Notes: generated by a model not told the origin, from the sequence alone. Shown: positions 1-8,151, counted from the first letter of the stretch. The stretch: 64,000 bases of DNA from Bacteroidota bacterium (GCA_023475265.1 JAMCWE010000185.1:37490-101489), one strand, 5' to 3'. A program made the numbers and translations.

Positions 1-36
1 AAAAGAGCGCCGCATGACAAAGAAAAATTCTCCACT

Positions 37-2637
37 TTACTTTAATAATATAAGTTTCTTTGTATCTTCATTGTTCCCTGCCCTGAGTGTATAAAAATAA
101 GTACCGCTTGTTAATTGACGGCTCATATTATCAGTATTAAAATCAACCCGATAAATTCCCGGCTGAAGATATTGATTAACCAAAGCAGTTACTTCTCTTC
201 CGAGCATATCATAAACTTTTAAAGTGACAAAGCTTTCTTTTGTAATTTGATATTGTATTACCGTGCTTGGATTAAATGGATTCGGATAATTTTGTTCAAG
301 CTTAAATTGATTTGGTGTAATATCTGAAATCGGATTTTGTATTCCGGCAGCAGAAGAATTTCTATACTGCATTCCGTCAACATAAACTTGTCCGCTGTCT
401 GCGCCTGCTGGATTCTGAACAATTACAACGCTGTTAAATAAAATATCACCTGTGCTTAAAACGTTTGTTAATGGCATTTCAACAAATTTCCAGCCGGTCC
501 AGTTTAAAGTATCAACTCTAACTGCAACATTCTGATTTGAATTTTTGTAGAACCAATATTCTAAGGAGTTATTACTTGCATCGCCGAATACCCACATGCC
601 AAAATTATTCACTGATGTTCCGACATCCGGCTTAGCGCCGTCATAAACCCTGCAAACACCGCCGGTGTTATTTGTGTAAACATAAGTTATTCTTCCGGAA
701 TGCTGGCCATCGACTTGCGTTCCGTAAACAATATCAAATTTAGATTGTGCCGTGTCTACTCCAACGGTGCTTCCGCTGTATGATGGATTTTGCCAGCTTC
801 CAATCGATTCAAAATTATCTGCAACAGTTCCTTGAACGAAATAATTCTTGCCTGTAGTGAATGTTGAAACAAAATCATTAATTAGCTGAGAACCATTAAT
901 ACTTTGTATCCCGGCTTTAATTGTAATTTTATAAACTGAATTTTCTGCGAGAGTGCTGCTTGGAACAAATGATAAAACGCCGCTCCCATTGATTTCGTTG
1001 TAAGCTGCATTTTTAATCGAAACAGAATTTCCTGTAGAATCCTGGAAAAATATTTTCCCGCCTAATGATGTTTTTATAACAGGCGTATTGAAGCTAACTA
1101 TTACTCTTACCGTTGTGCTTATACCGGATTGATTGTTTGCTGGGTACGATGTAACAACGTTCAGCGGAACAGAAGGTTTTGTATTAAACGTAAATGAATA
1201 TGAACTATCGATTGGCATTCCAAGAATACTTTGTGCAGTTTGCGCAACAGTTATTGTGTATTTTATAGAAGGATTAAGTAAAGTAGTCGGAGTAAAAACT
1301 AAAGTATGTCTGTAATCCGCCCATGTAAAAGTTCCTTGAGCAGGAGGATTAATTGTAATCGCATTTTGAGTTTTAGCTTGATCCATTGCAATGCTGAATG
1401 TGTATTTAATTTGAGAGTTTGACCAAACGCTGTCTGTGCTGTTAGCTGGAAAATGAGAAACAGCTTTTGGTATAGTTGCGTATGATCTGATCAAGTTAAA
1501 GTATTTATTCCAGTCCCAATATTTGCCCGGATCTGTATGGTTGTTGCATGTAGGATCAATATAAGGATAATTTTGTTTAATATAAGTTTGCCACCATGGA
1601 AATTCCCACTGCCAATGGCCGATTACATGATTGCTGTCTAAAGGCACTCCCCAGGTTTCAATAAAATGTCTGAACAATCCGGCGGAAGCATTATACATTG
1701 CATCAGTAAAATAGCTCGGAGTTGAAACATAACCTTCATGCTCAACGCCGAGCATGTAGCGGTTCCAGCATGACACATGCCATGCTGCATATTTTTCATG
1801 TACCATTTGAACAATGTAACCATCGGAACTTCTAATGATGTAATGAGAACTTGCGCTTGATTGAGGATTCTTAAGCCATGATAGAGAAGCTGCAAAGCCA
1901 CCTTCGGTATCGTGAACAACTAAAAACAACGGGTTAAAATTGTTGTCGTTGTAAAAGTTCGGACTTGGATCCCACACTGCCGGAGGATAATCGGATTGAT
2001 CGGTTACCGATTCAACATTTTTCATTTTGTTTTTTGGATTAACTTCCTCGCTGAATTGATTCATATTGATTTCAGCTTTGGGAGAAATAGAAATCCCTTC
2101 GAGATTAGCTCCATCCGAAAGAACTTTGAAAACATCGAAAGTAAAGAACGGGCGAATATTTTTTTGCGGAATTCCGGAAAACTCTTCAAGCACCGGACGC
2201 CAGTTATTCAGATTAGATCTGTCAATTTTCAATTTTTCTGCAATTGATGATAGCAGCGCCGCTGCCGCTTGAATATTCAGCGAAGCATTTACTGCAACAA
2301 TATCTGCCGGTTGATGAATTAGATTTGCGCCTTCAATTAAAGAATGACCGAACCAATCGTCATTTCTTAATCCCATTATTCCGTAAACCTTCGGCTGCGC
2401 GCCAGGTTCTCTGTCATTATTATTTTCTATTATGTTGTTATATCTTGTTTGTGCGTAAGCAACTGCTTTAAGTAAATCTTCGGGAACGTTGTATGCTTTT
2501 GAAGCGAAAGCGAATGCATTCAGCAATTGGGTTCTAGCAGGAACGCTTTGAATCTGCTGTGCATTTGTCAGAAAAGAAATTCCTATTAAAGCAAAAACCA
2601 AACTGTAAAAACGAAAGCTCATAAAACTTTTCTCCAC
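37..2637 (-). CDS. Secreted multidomain cell-wall amidase: N-acetylmuramoyl-L-alanine amidase (Amidase_2/PGRP-like) domain, Ig-like repeats and a T9SS C-terminal sorting domain
   Basis: 866-aa ORF with an N-terminal signal peptide (FRFYSLVFALIGISFLTNAQQ). Amidase_2-like core: FLVVHDTEGG...SSHYIIRSSDGYIVQMV...AWHV...LGVEHEG. Repeated Ig-like segments (SIKYTITV, SVYKITIKAG). C-terminal NYPNPFNPSTVIQYQI...GTYFYTLRAGN...KLILLK fits the Por/T9SS tail pattern. Confidence 0.75.
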   Translation of the reverse strand: MEKSFMSFRFYSLVFALIGISFLTNAQQIQSVPARTQLLNAFAFASKAYNVPEDLLKAVAYAQTRYNNIIENNNDREPGAQPKVYGIMGLRNDDWFGHSLIEGANLIHQPADIVAVNASLNIQAAAALLSSIAEKLKIDRSNLNNWRPVLEEFSGIPQKNIRPFFTFDVFKVLSDGANLEGISISPKAEINMNQFSEEVNPKNKMKNVESVTDQSDYPPAVWDPSPNFYNDNNFNPLFLVVHDTEGGFAASLSWLKNPQSSASSHYIIRSSDGYIVQMVHEKYAAWHVSCWNRYMLGVEHEGYVSTPSYFTDAMYNASAGLFRHFIETWGVPLDSNHVIGHWQWEFPWWQTYIKQNYPYIDPTCNNHTDPGKYWDWNKYFNLIRSYATIPKAVSHFPANSTDSVWSNSQIKYTFSIAMDQAKTQNAITINPPAQGTFTWADYRHTLVFTPTTLLNPSIKYTITVAQTAQSILGMPIDSSYSFTFNTKPSVPLNVVTSYPANNQSGISTTVRVIVSFNTPVIKTSLGGKIFFQDSTGNSVSIKNAAYNEINGSGVLSFVPSSTLAENSVYKITIKAGIQSINGSQLINDFVSTFTTGKNYFVQGTVADNFESIGSWQNPSYSGSTVGVDTAQSKFDIVYGTQVDGQHSGRITYVYTNNTGGVCRVYDGAKPDVGTSVNNFGMWVFGDASNNSLEYWFYKNSNQNVAVRVDTLNWTGWKFVEMPLTNVLSTGDILFNSVVIVQNPAGADSGQVYVDGMQYRNSSAAGIQNPISDITPNQFKLEQNYPNPFNPSTVIQYQITKESFVTLKVYDMLGREVTALVNQYLQPGIYRVDFNTDNMSRQLTSGTYFYTLRAGNNEDTKKLILLK

Positions 2638-2899
2638 TTTTGTAATTATAAAATTTTGTTATTAAGGATTACCTGTGCAATGAAAATTAGAATAGCTTTT
2701 TAATCTTAGAAAATTTATGAAGTATTTTTTGACTCTTCAACGCAGTAATCGATTTGATATATCGAAAATATTTCTAACGCGGATATATTGTGTGCTACTC
2801 TGTATCCTTAATTAAATCCGGCGGTAAATTAAAACAACTTTATTTTTCTTCCAACAAAAATGTTATGAATGGAGCTGAAAATTATTTCTATAAATAAAA

Positions 2900-2931
2900 C
2901 CTGTGTTACGGAAATTTATCCGTAACACAGG
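2900..2931 (-). terminator. Rho-independent terminator hairpin after the 2938..3600 gene
   Basis: Perfect 13-bp stem CCTGTGTTACGGA / TCCGTAACACAGG with a 6-nt loop. On the minus strand it is followed by TTTTATTTAT and lies 7 nt past the stop codon. Confidence 0.65.
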
Positions 2932-2937
2932 ATATCT

Positions 2938-3600
2938 TTATGGGTTGAATTGATAGGTATAATTATATCCTTCTATCCAACCCCAAACACTTCCAACTGC
3001 CAAACCAATTGCAGACAAACCTCCAATTATAGATAAATCTTCATCTTGCCCATTTATGTTTTGTTGACCTATTATACCATTAACAACAAAGAAACCGATC
3101 CCAAATCCAGAAATAGTACCTATGGCTAATCTAGCTGGCACCCCAAGCCAATGATTCTTGAAACTTACTTCTTTTATTTTTCTTAGCGGCAAAAATCCAT
3201 AAATGTGTTTTTTATAAGAGGCATTTATGGATGAATCTGAAATCAAATTAACATTTTCAGCGTTCAACTTCTCACCATTTTTTAATAATATCACAGCCGA
3301 AAGGTTTAACATATCAGAACCATAATATTGAATATCTTTTATTTCATCATGTTTTATTCTTATCATTTCGTCTTTAATTTGTGAAACAAAAAACAAAGTA
3401 TCATTAGAAATCTTTGATACTTCTGGTGATGCAAATGAACTGTCATTGGTCGTGGTAATCTTGACAGCTTTATTCTTTGCAGATTTATTAAAATCTTCAT
3501 AGAATTTTTCTTTAGAAGAGAAATTTTCCGCCGTATAAATGGATGAGCAACCACTTAAAAATAGTTCAAGCGCACAAAAAATGAAACAAATGTTTTTCAT
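2938..3600 (-). CDS. Hypothetical lipoprotein with a C-terminal glycine-zipper membrane segment
   Basis: 220-aa ORF with a lipobox-like LFLSGC signal. C-terminal Gly-rich hydrophobic stretch: GTISGFGIGFFVVNGIIG...IIGGLSAIGLAVGSVWGW. No recognisable catalytic motif. Confidence 0.55.
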   Translation of the reverse strand: MKNICFIFCALELFLSGCSSIYTAENFSSKEKFYEDFNKSAKNKAVKITTTNDSSFASPEVSKISNDTLFFVSQIKDEMIRIKHDEIKDIQYYGSDMLNLSAVILLKNGEKLNAENVNLISDSSINASYKKHIYGFLPLRKIKEVSFKNHWLGVPARLAIGTISGFGIGFFVVNGIIGQQNINGQDEDLSIIGGLSAIGLAVGSVWGWIEGYNYTYQFNP

Positions 3601-3614
3601 TCTTACACTCTCTT

Positions 3615-3848
3615 TTAATAGTAAGTCCAGCGATATGCTATATAATATGAATCAACTAGCGTCCATTTCCCGTTGACAGGATCGCATGTACCATCAGTAT
3701 TTTGCCACACTGTTACTAGCTGCCCTTGTAATCGAAGTAACCAAAAATATTGCCAGGCAGTTGCACAATATTCTTGTATTACACCCTCGTCACCAGCATT
3801 ATATGCATATAACCAGGTATTGTTAACATCTTGAGCATTCCCGACCAC
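3615..3848 (-). pseudogene. Truncated or stand-alone copy of the Trp/Cys-rich C-terminal module of the 4880..6082 lipoprotein
   Basis: 77-aa GTG-initiated ORF that opens directly after an in-frame TAG. By eye it aligns along its whole length to the last ~75 aa of the 400-aa neighbour (NTWLYAYNAGDEG..AWQYFWLLRLQ...VWQ..DGTCDP.NGKW vs NTVWLFAAGTGDS..AWEYGWMFRWQ...EWQCDSPNPCTNCTWPNGNW). No signal peptide. Confidence 0.5.
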
Positions 3849-3875
3849 CTATTTTTGTATCCCGTTTCCTTTTCT

Positions 3876-4844
3876 TTAATTAGAATATATAATTCCTATG
3901 AATATTATCTTTGTCCCATCAGGGGATAATCTGGGTTTAGCGATATTATATAAGGAAAAACTTGTTTTGATCTGGCTTATTTTATTAGTAGGTAAATCCA
4001 TTAAGTAAATCATTGAACTATTCATATCTCGGTAAGTAATTTTTGAAAAATCTACGGAATAATGCGCATCTACACCTTGGGTTATAACTTTATCTACTCT
4101 ACTACTCACATCGTATTCATGAATATAGTCATTATTTGTATATAATATTTTGTTTGAATTTGATACTTCATAATAACCTCCAAATGAATTACCAAGCGAA
4201 AACAAAACAGTATCACTTAAATTTTGAGTATCAATCAAGTGTAAAGATTGAAATAAGGTCGTTGAGTCATTATAATCTGAATACAATATTTTAGTATTTG
4301 CACAATATGCTGTTAATAAGAAACGAACTTTTTTTGTGTTATTTCCTCTAAGCATTTTGAAATTACTTCCATTAGTTCCGATTTGAAATACCCCTTCTGC
4401 GTTACCGTAAGTTAAATAATTATCATCATACGAAAGGCTCGGATAATATTTATTAGATGTATCGGGGATGTTTATTCTAGAAAGACCGCTCCCATCACTA
4501 TTCATAATATATATGTCACGGTAATTTATTGAAAAAATAATTTTTGATCTATCGGGTGAAACTGAGAAACTTAGCGAGATTAAAGAGTCGGGGGCGAGAG
4601 CATGTGAATCTGATCCATCTAAATTAGCTGAATAGAGATTACTATAAATAATTTTATTACCTACAAAATAAAAATCGAAACCTATTACGCTGAATAATTC
4701 AGTTTGATTGGTTCCGTCAATATTAATTGAATATAATCCTTCATTTGGCAAGGGCATGTTGTTTTCAGGATAATTACATGATAATAACATAGTTACTACA
4801 AGATAAATTAATAACAGAGTAAAATATTTATACATTTTCCTCAT
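3876..4844 (-). CDS. TolB-like (PD40/WD40-like) beta-propeller lipoprotein
   Basis: 322-aa ORF with lipobox MLLSC. Repeated PD40-type motifs: VSPDRSKIIFS, MNSDGSGLSRI, LSYDDNYLTY, LSPDGTKIIFIG. Confidence 0.7.
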   Translation of the reverse strand: MRKMYKYFTLLLIYLVVTMLLSCNYPENNMPLPNEGLYSINIDGTNQTELFSVIGFDFYFVGNKIIYSNLYSANLDGSDSHALAPDSLISLSFSVSPDRSKIIFSINYRDIYIMNSDGSGLSRINIPDTSNKYYPSLSYDDNYLTYGNAEGVFQIGTNGSNFKMLRGNNTKKVRFLLTAYCANTKILYSDYNDSTTLFQSLHLIDTQNLSDTVLFSLGNSFGGYYEVSNSNKILYTNNDYIHEYDVSSRVDKVITQGVDAHYSVDFSKITYRDMNSSMIYLMDLPTNKISQIKTSFSLYNIAKPRLSPDGTKIIFIGIIYSN

Positions 4845-4879
4845 AATAAACCTTTCCTAACAATAAAACATGAATAATA

Positions 4880-6082
4880 CTAAAATCGAACCCAGTATCC
4901 ACCCTCATAAATATTTGCTTTTACTATATACCAATTACCGTTTGGCCAAGTACAATTTGTACAAGGATTGGGACTATCACATTGCCATTCGGTTGCAAGT
5001 GTTTCCTGCCATCTAAACATCCAACCATACTCCCACGCAATGTAGCTAAAATTTTGAACACGGGTTGAATCGCCCGTACCAGCAGCAAACAACCACACTG
5101 TATTTTCGCCTAAATTGTCTGCCTGTTGAAGTAGTACAGCCCAATTATCTGAACAGTTGCCGTCACAATTACTATGTGCGTCGCAATTCATATCATTAGC
5201 TACTACCGACATCCAATTAGCATTATTATGACCAGGATATAAATTCTGTTGGAATGCCGTCCAATATTCTGAAACCGTCCCATAGCAGTCTCCATTGTAT
5301 TCGTCACACATGATATATGTGTTGGGAACATTTTGAGTTAACAAGTAATAATATGGTCGTAAGAATGGGTTATAACTTGATAAGTAAAAATTCGTTCCGG
5401 GACATTTACTTGCCACCAAATTGCCTAAGGTTCTAATTTGACTTTCGTTGTAATAACCTCTTTCTTCGACTTCATCAAGATAATAAGCTTCTACATTTGG
5501 AGGATTATTTCCACTTAATAAATTATAATCATTTATGAAATTACCGCTCAAACCAAAAACTATATTCTGGGTAGTAAATCCAGCAGTATTTGCATTAGCA
5601 ATATCAGTTTGGTAAGTAGTAATATTATTTATAAATAATTTATTAAAACCCCAATTATTTAATTGGGTTGGTGACATATAATCGCACCAGACGCCTATAT
5701 TTTTTCCAGTATATGGCTCATAGGTATTTGTCATAACATAGTCATAAGTATAATGATCGTTGCATGCTAATGCATATGGTCTAACTGGAGAACTAATTAT
5801 AGGAACATTGTGTGTGGCTAAATAATTGTCTATCTGGGCCAATTGTTTGATAGTATAGCTTTTGCTTACTGCAAGTGTTTTCCCACTTTTAGGGAAAGTT
5901 ATAATTGTATCCCTAGCATGGTCTATAGTGGCTATAGGCAGTGTAACTGTCTTTGCCATTGGCTTTACATCTCCCTTGTTTTCAGTCGGCGTTGTAATAA
6001 GATTTTCATTGCTGCAGCTTTGTAAAATTATTGTTAAACAAAAAGACACAAAGAAAATAGAAAAAAGTTTTATATTTTTCAT
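4880..6082 (-). CDS. Uncharacterised Cys- and Trp-rich lipoprotein
   Basis: 400-aa ORF with lipobox ILQSC. At least 10 Cys in the mature part, including MNCDAHSNCDGNCSDN and WQCDSPNPCTNCTW. Acidic motifs YYLDEVEERG and IMCDEY are vaguely glycosidase-like, but no family was recognised. Confidence 0.65.
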   Translation of the reverse strand: MKNIKLFSIFFVSFCLTIILQSCSNENLITTPTENKGDVKPMAKTVTLPIATIDHARDTIITFPKSGKTLAVSKSYTIKQLAQIDNYLATHNVPIISSPVRPYALACNDHYTYDYVMTNTYEPYTGKNIGVWCDYMSPTQLNNWGFNKLFINNITTYQTDIANANTAGFTTQNIVFGLSGNFINDYNLLSGNNPPNVEAYYLDEVEERGYYNESQIRTLGNLVASKCPGTNFYLSSYNPFLRPYYYLLTQNVPNTYIMCDEYNGDCYGTVSEYWTAFQQNLYPGHNNANWMSVVANDMNCDAHSNCDGNCSDNWAVLLQQADNLGENTVWLFAAGTGDSTRVQNFSYIAWEYGWMFRWQETLATEWQCDSPNPCTNCTWPNGNWYIVKANIYEGGYWVRF

Positions 6083-6172
6083 AGTAGTTCCCTCTATATG
6101 ATATAAAATATTTTACTCTTATAATAAGCTATGGAATAAATATTTAATACAACATAGGGGAATCCCCCATTT

Positions 6173-6766
6173 TTATAAAATCCTAAATAACTCGCTTACA
6201 TGCTTCAAGTTCAATTTACTTTTTATATTTTCTTTATGGTTTTCAACTGTCTTAGTACAAATAAAAAGCTTTTCTGCAATTTCTTTGTTCTTTAACCCCT
6301 TTTTAATAAGACATAATATTTCAATTTCGGTACTAGTCAGCGCATTTAATTTCCATTCAATTTTGCTATTTGCAGAAAGACAAAGTTTTATATAAGAGCA
6401 TAAATATTTTTCTCCTTCCGCCGTTTTGATTATCCCATCTTTAAGGAATTTCATATTTACTTTATTGCTAATTATACCGTCAAAAAGAAATACATAATGC
6501 CCTAAAAAATCTTGATCTGTATTTGATGTATAGAGTATTTTTTTGTTATTAGTCTCGGCAGAAAATATTTTCTCAAATAATTTATCATAATTATTGACCA
6601 ATGTGGTATCGTCAAGCAGAATTACATCATATTTTTTCCGGTTCTTATCAAAGCTATCTATATCATTAAATTCCGGAGTGATAAAGGAATCTCCGCTAAA
6701 GAAGCTTAGCAAAGCAGGCAAAACAGAAGGCTGTATTGAAAGAAACAAGACCCTAATTTTTTTCAT
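6173..6766 (-). CDS. LuxR/FixJ-family transcriptional regulator with a degenerate receiver-like N-terminal domain
   Basis: C-terminal LuxR-type HTH: LTSTEIEILCLIKKGLKNKEIAEKLFICTKTVENHKENIKSKLNL. The N-terminal region has a YDVILLDD stretch but lacks the usual N-terminal acidic pair. Confidence 0.75.
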   Translation of the reverse strand: MKKIRVLFLSIQPSVLPALLSFFSGDSFITPEFNDIDSFDKNRKKYDVILLDDTTLVNNYDKLFEKIFSAETNNKKILYTSNTDQDFLGHYVFLFDGIISNKVNMKFLKDGIIKTAEGEKYLCSYIKLCLSANSKIEWKLNALTSTEIEILCLIKKGLKNKEIAEKLFICTKTVENHKENIKSKLNLKHVSELFRIL

Positions 6767-6840
6767 TATAAGTCCCCATAATGATTTTTTCTATAAACAA
6801 ATTAAGTAAACCAAACCATTTAACCAATAATTTTTCCCCA

Positions 6841-6896
6841 TTAAAGCAGAGACGGAATGTCCCGCAAAAGGGACAAGTTATTCCGTCTCTTTAAAG
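6841..6896 (-). terminator. Long bulged hairpin (terminator or REP-like) after the 6913..7293 gene
   Basis: Outer stem AGAGACGGAAT (6848-6858) / ATTCCGTCTCT (6880-6890). Inner stem GTCCC/GGGAC. Flanking TTAAAG/CTTTAA extends the pairing. Lies 17 nt past the stop codon. Confidence 0.6.
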
Positions 6897-6912
6897 AAAG
6901 GAAATTTAGCAT

Positions 6913-7293
6913 TTACTTAGCCGCCTGTTGTTTCCTAACAGGTTTTTTCCTCTCGGATTTACGAGTGCCGCCAAGCTGTTCTATTTCGTTCGCATCTTCG
7001 CCAAAAGCGGCAACCGCACCGGCAAGCACTTTAGTACATAACGAATTCAGCTTGCGTTCTTCAGCGTTTATCTGGTTGCTTAATGCATCGGCTTGTTTCA
7101 GCAGTTGATTATATTGGCTATTCAATGAAGTGCAAAGGTTAATCTGCGCTTTCATTTCTGCTGATGTCAATGTACTGCCATCACCGCCGTAGTTGATGAC
7201 TTTCTCTTTCTTCGTGTCTATTTCAGTCATCGCAATAAGCTTATCATTAGCTCTTTTTACAGCCTTAGAAGCCACGCGTTCTTTAAAAGCCAT
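6913..7293 (-). CDS. Hypothetical coiled-coil protein with a Lys/Arg-rich C-terminal tail
   Basis: 126-aa ORF preceded by a strong SD (AAAGGAGGAATAACAAA-ATG). Helical heptad-like core (QYNQLLKQADALSNQINAEERKLNSL) and basic tail (GGTRKSERKKPVRKQQAAK). Local G+C is clearly above the neighbours in hand-counted 60-nt lines (38-57 percent). Confidence 0.6.
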   Translation of the reverse strand: MAFKERVASKAVKRANDKLIAMTEIDTKKEKVINYGGDGSTLTSAEMKAQINLCTSLNSQYNQLLKQADALSNQINAEERKLNSLCTKVLAGAVAAFGEDANEIEQLGGTRKSERKKPVRKQQAAK

Positions 7294-7413
7294 TTTGTTA
7301 TTCCTCCTTTCTGCATGTTGTAAGAGTTAATAAAATCCCTTTAAGAGGCAGCTAACCTTTTCAATATTCTGTTATGCTGTCAGTCTATATTAAGGGGCTA
7401 ACCTAATAAAGTG

Positions 7414-7548
7414 CTATTTAAGGTCATTTTCTGCGTTTTCAGCTTGTTTTAGCCATTTCTGGGTGTTCGTTTCTTTACTCCGGATGTTGGTTCCTTTAGT
7501 CTGCACATTCGTTTCTTTGTTCTCGATGTCCGTTCCTTTGCTCTGCAT
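7414..7548 (-). CDS. Candidate 44-aa small ORF encoded by the 21-bp repeat array (heptad-repeat peptide); speculative
   Basis: Hand-translated ATG..TAG frame: MQSKGTDIENKETNVQTKGTNIRSKETNTQKWLKQAENAENDLK. At least two other frames across the repeats are also open, so coding is not established. No clear SD at the correct spacing. Confidence 0.2.
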   Translation of the reverse strand: MQSKGTDIENKETNVQTKGTNIRSKETNTQKWLKQAENAENDLK

Positions 7549-7670
7549 GTATGTTCCTTTATTACCGACATCTGTTTCTTTAATCGCTATGTCTGTTGCT
7601 TAATTCCGTATGTCTGGAAATAACCTCCCTATGTATGGAGCTTTAATTCAAACGTCTATTTTTAATTTCT
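7461..7670. repeat. About 10 tandem, phase-exact 21-bp degenerate repeats
   Basis: Units start at 7461, 7482, 7503, 7524, 7545, 7566, 7587, 7608, 7629 and 7650 with no indels. Example units: GGATGTTGGTTCCTTTAGTCT, CGATGTCCGTTCCTTTGCTCT, GCATGTATGTTCCTTTATTAC. Consensus nnATGTnnGTTYCTTTnnTnn, decaying toward the right end. Confidence 0.85.
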
Positions 7671-8151
7671 ACACATATTGAACAAAGCGCCGGACGTTGA
7701 GAGATGAATTCAGTTTGAAAGGAATTCATTTCTTCACATGAGTTACTTTGTTCATCAACTATGGAATCAAGTTTTATAATTAAGGAAGAATATTTCCTTT
7801 TCTTATAATTAAGCTCTTAACCTTCTACGTTCTTAAATCTTGATGATTGATTATCAATTAAACATCCGGAGAAATTATCCGGCATCTTAAACTTTAAGAA
7901 ACTAAAAACGCTTTTTATTATCTATTAAAATTCTATTGGAATATCTGCGATGAGCCATGTGAATTATTCCCTTTCCTAACCCTTTAACTTTCATTCGCCT
8001 TTACAATATTTTTAACATTAAAATTTCGAAACTAAACTAAATAAAATAGAAATTATGATCAAGAAGAAAATCCATTTAGCAAAAAAATGTTATAATTATA
8101 ATTAGTACTTTAATAGCCAAAATATTTCCTGTTTTAATTTATCATACAGAG

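Noticed and set aside
6857-7108. 83-aa plus-strand ORF
   Set aside because: It starts inside the terminator hairpin and runs antisense to the better-supported 6913..7293 gene, which has a strong SD. It has no motif.
7461-7670. Possible CRISPR array, given the regular short repeats
   Set aside because: The units are contiguous with no spacers between them, they are degenerate rather than near-identical, and no cas genes or leader are present. This is a tandem repeat, not a CRISPR array.
7840-7890. Replication origin (DnaA-box-like TTATCCGGC and AT-rich DNA next to iteron-like repeats)
   Set aside because: There is only one weak 6/9 match to TTATCCACA. No dnaA, dnaN or rep gene is nearby and no cluster of boxes is present.
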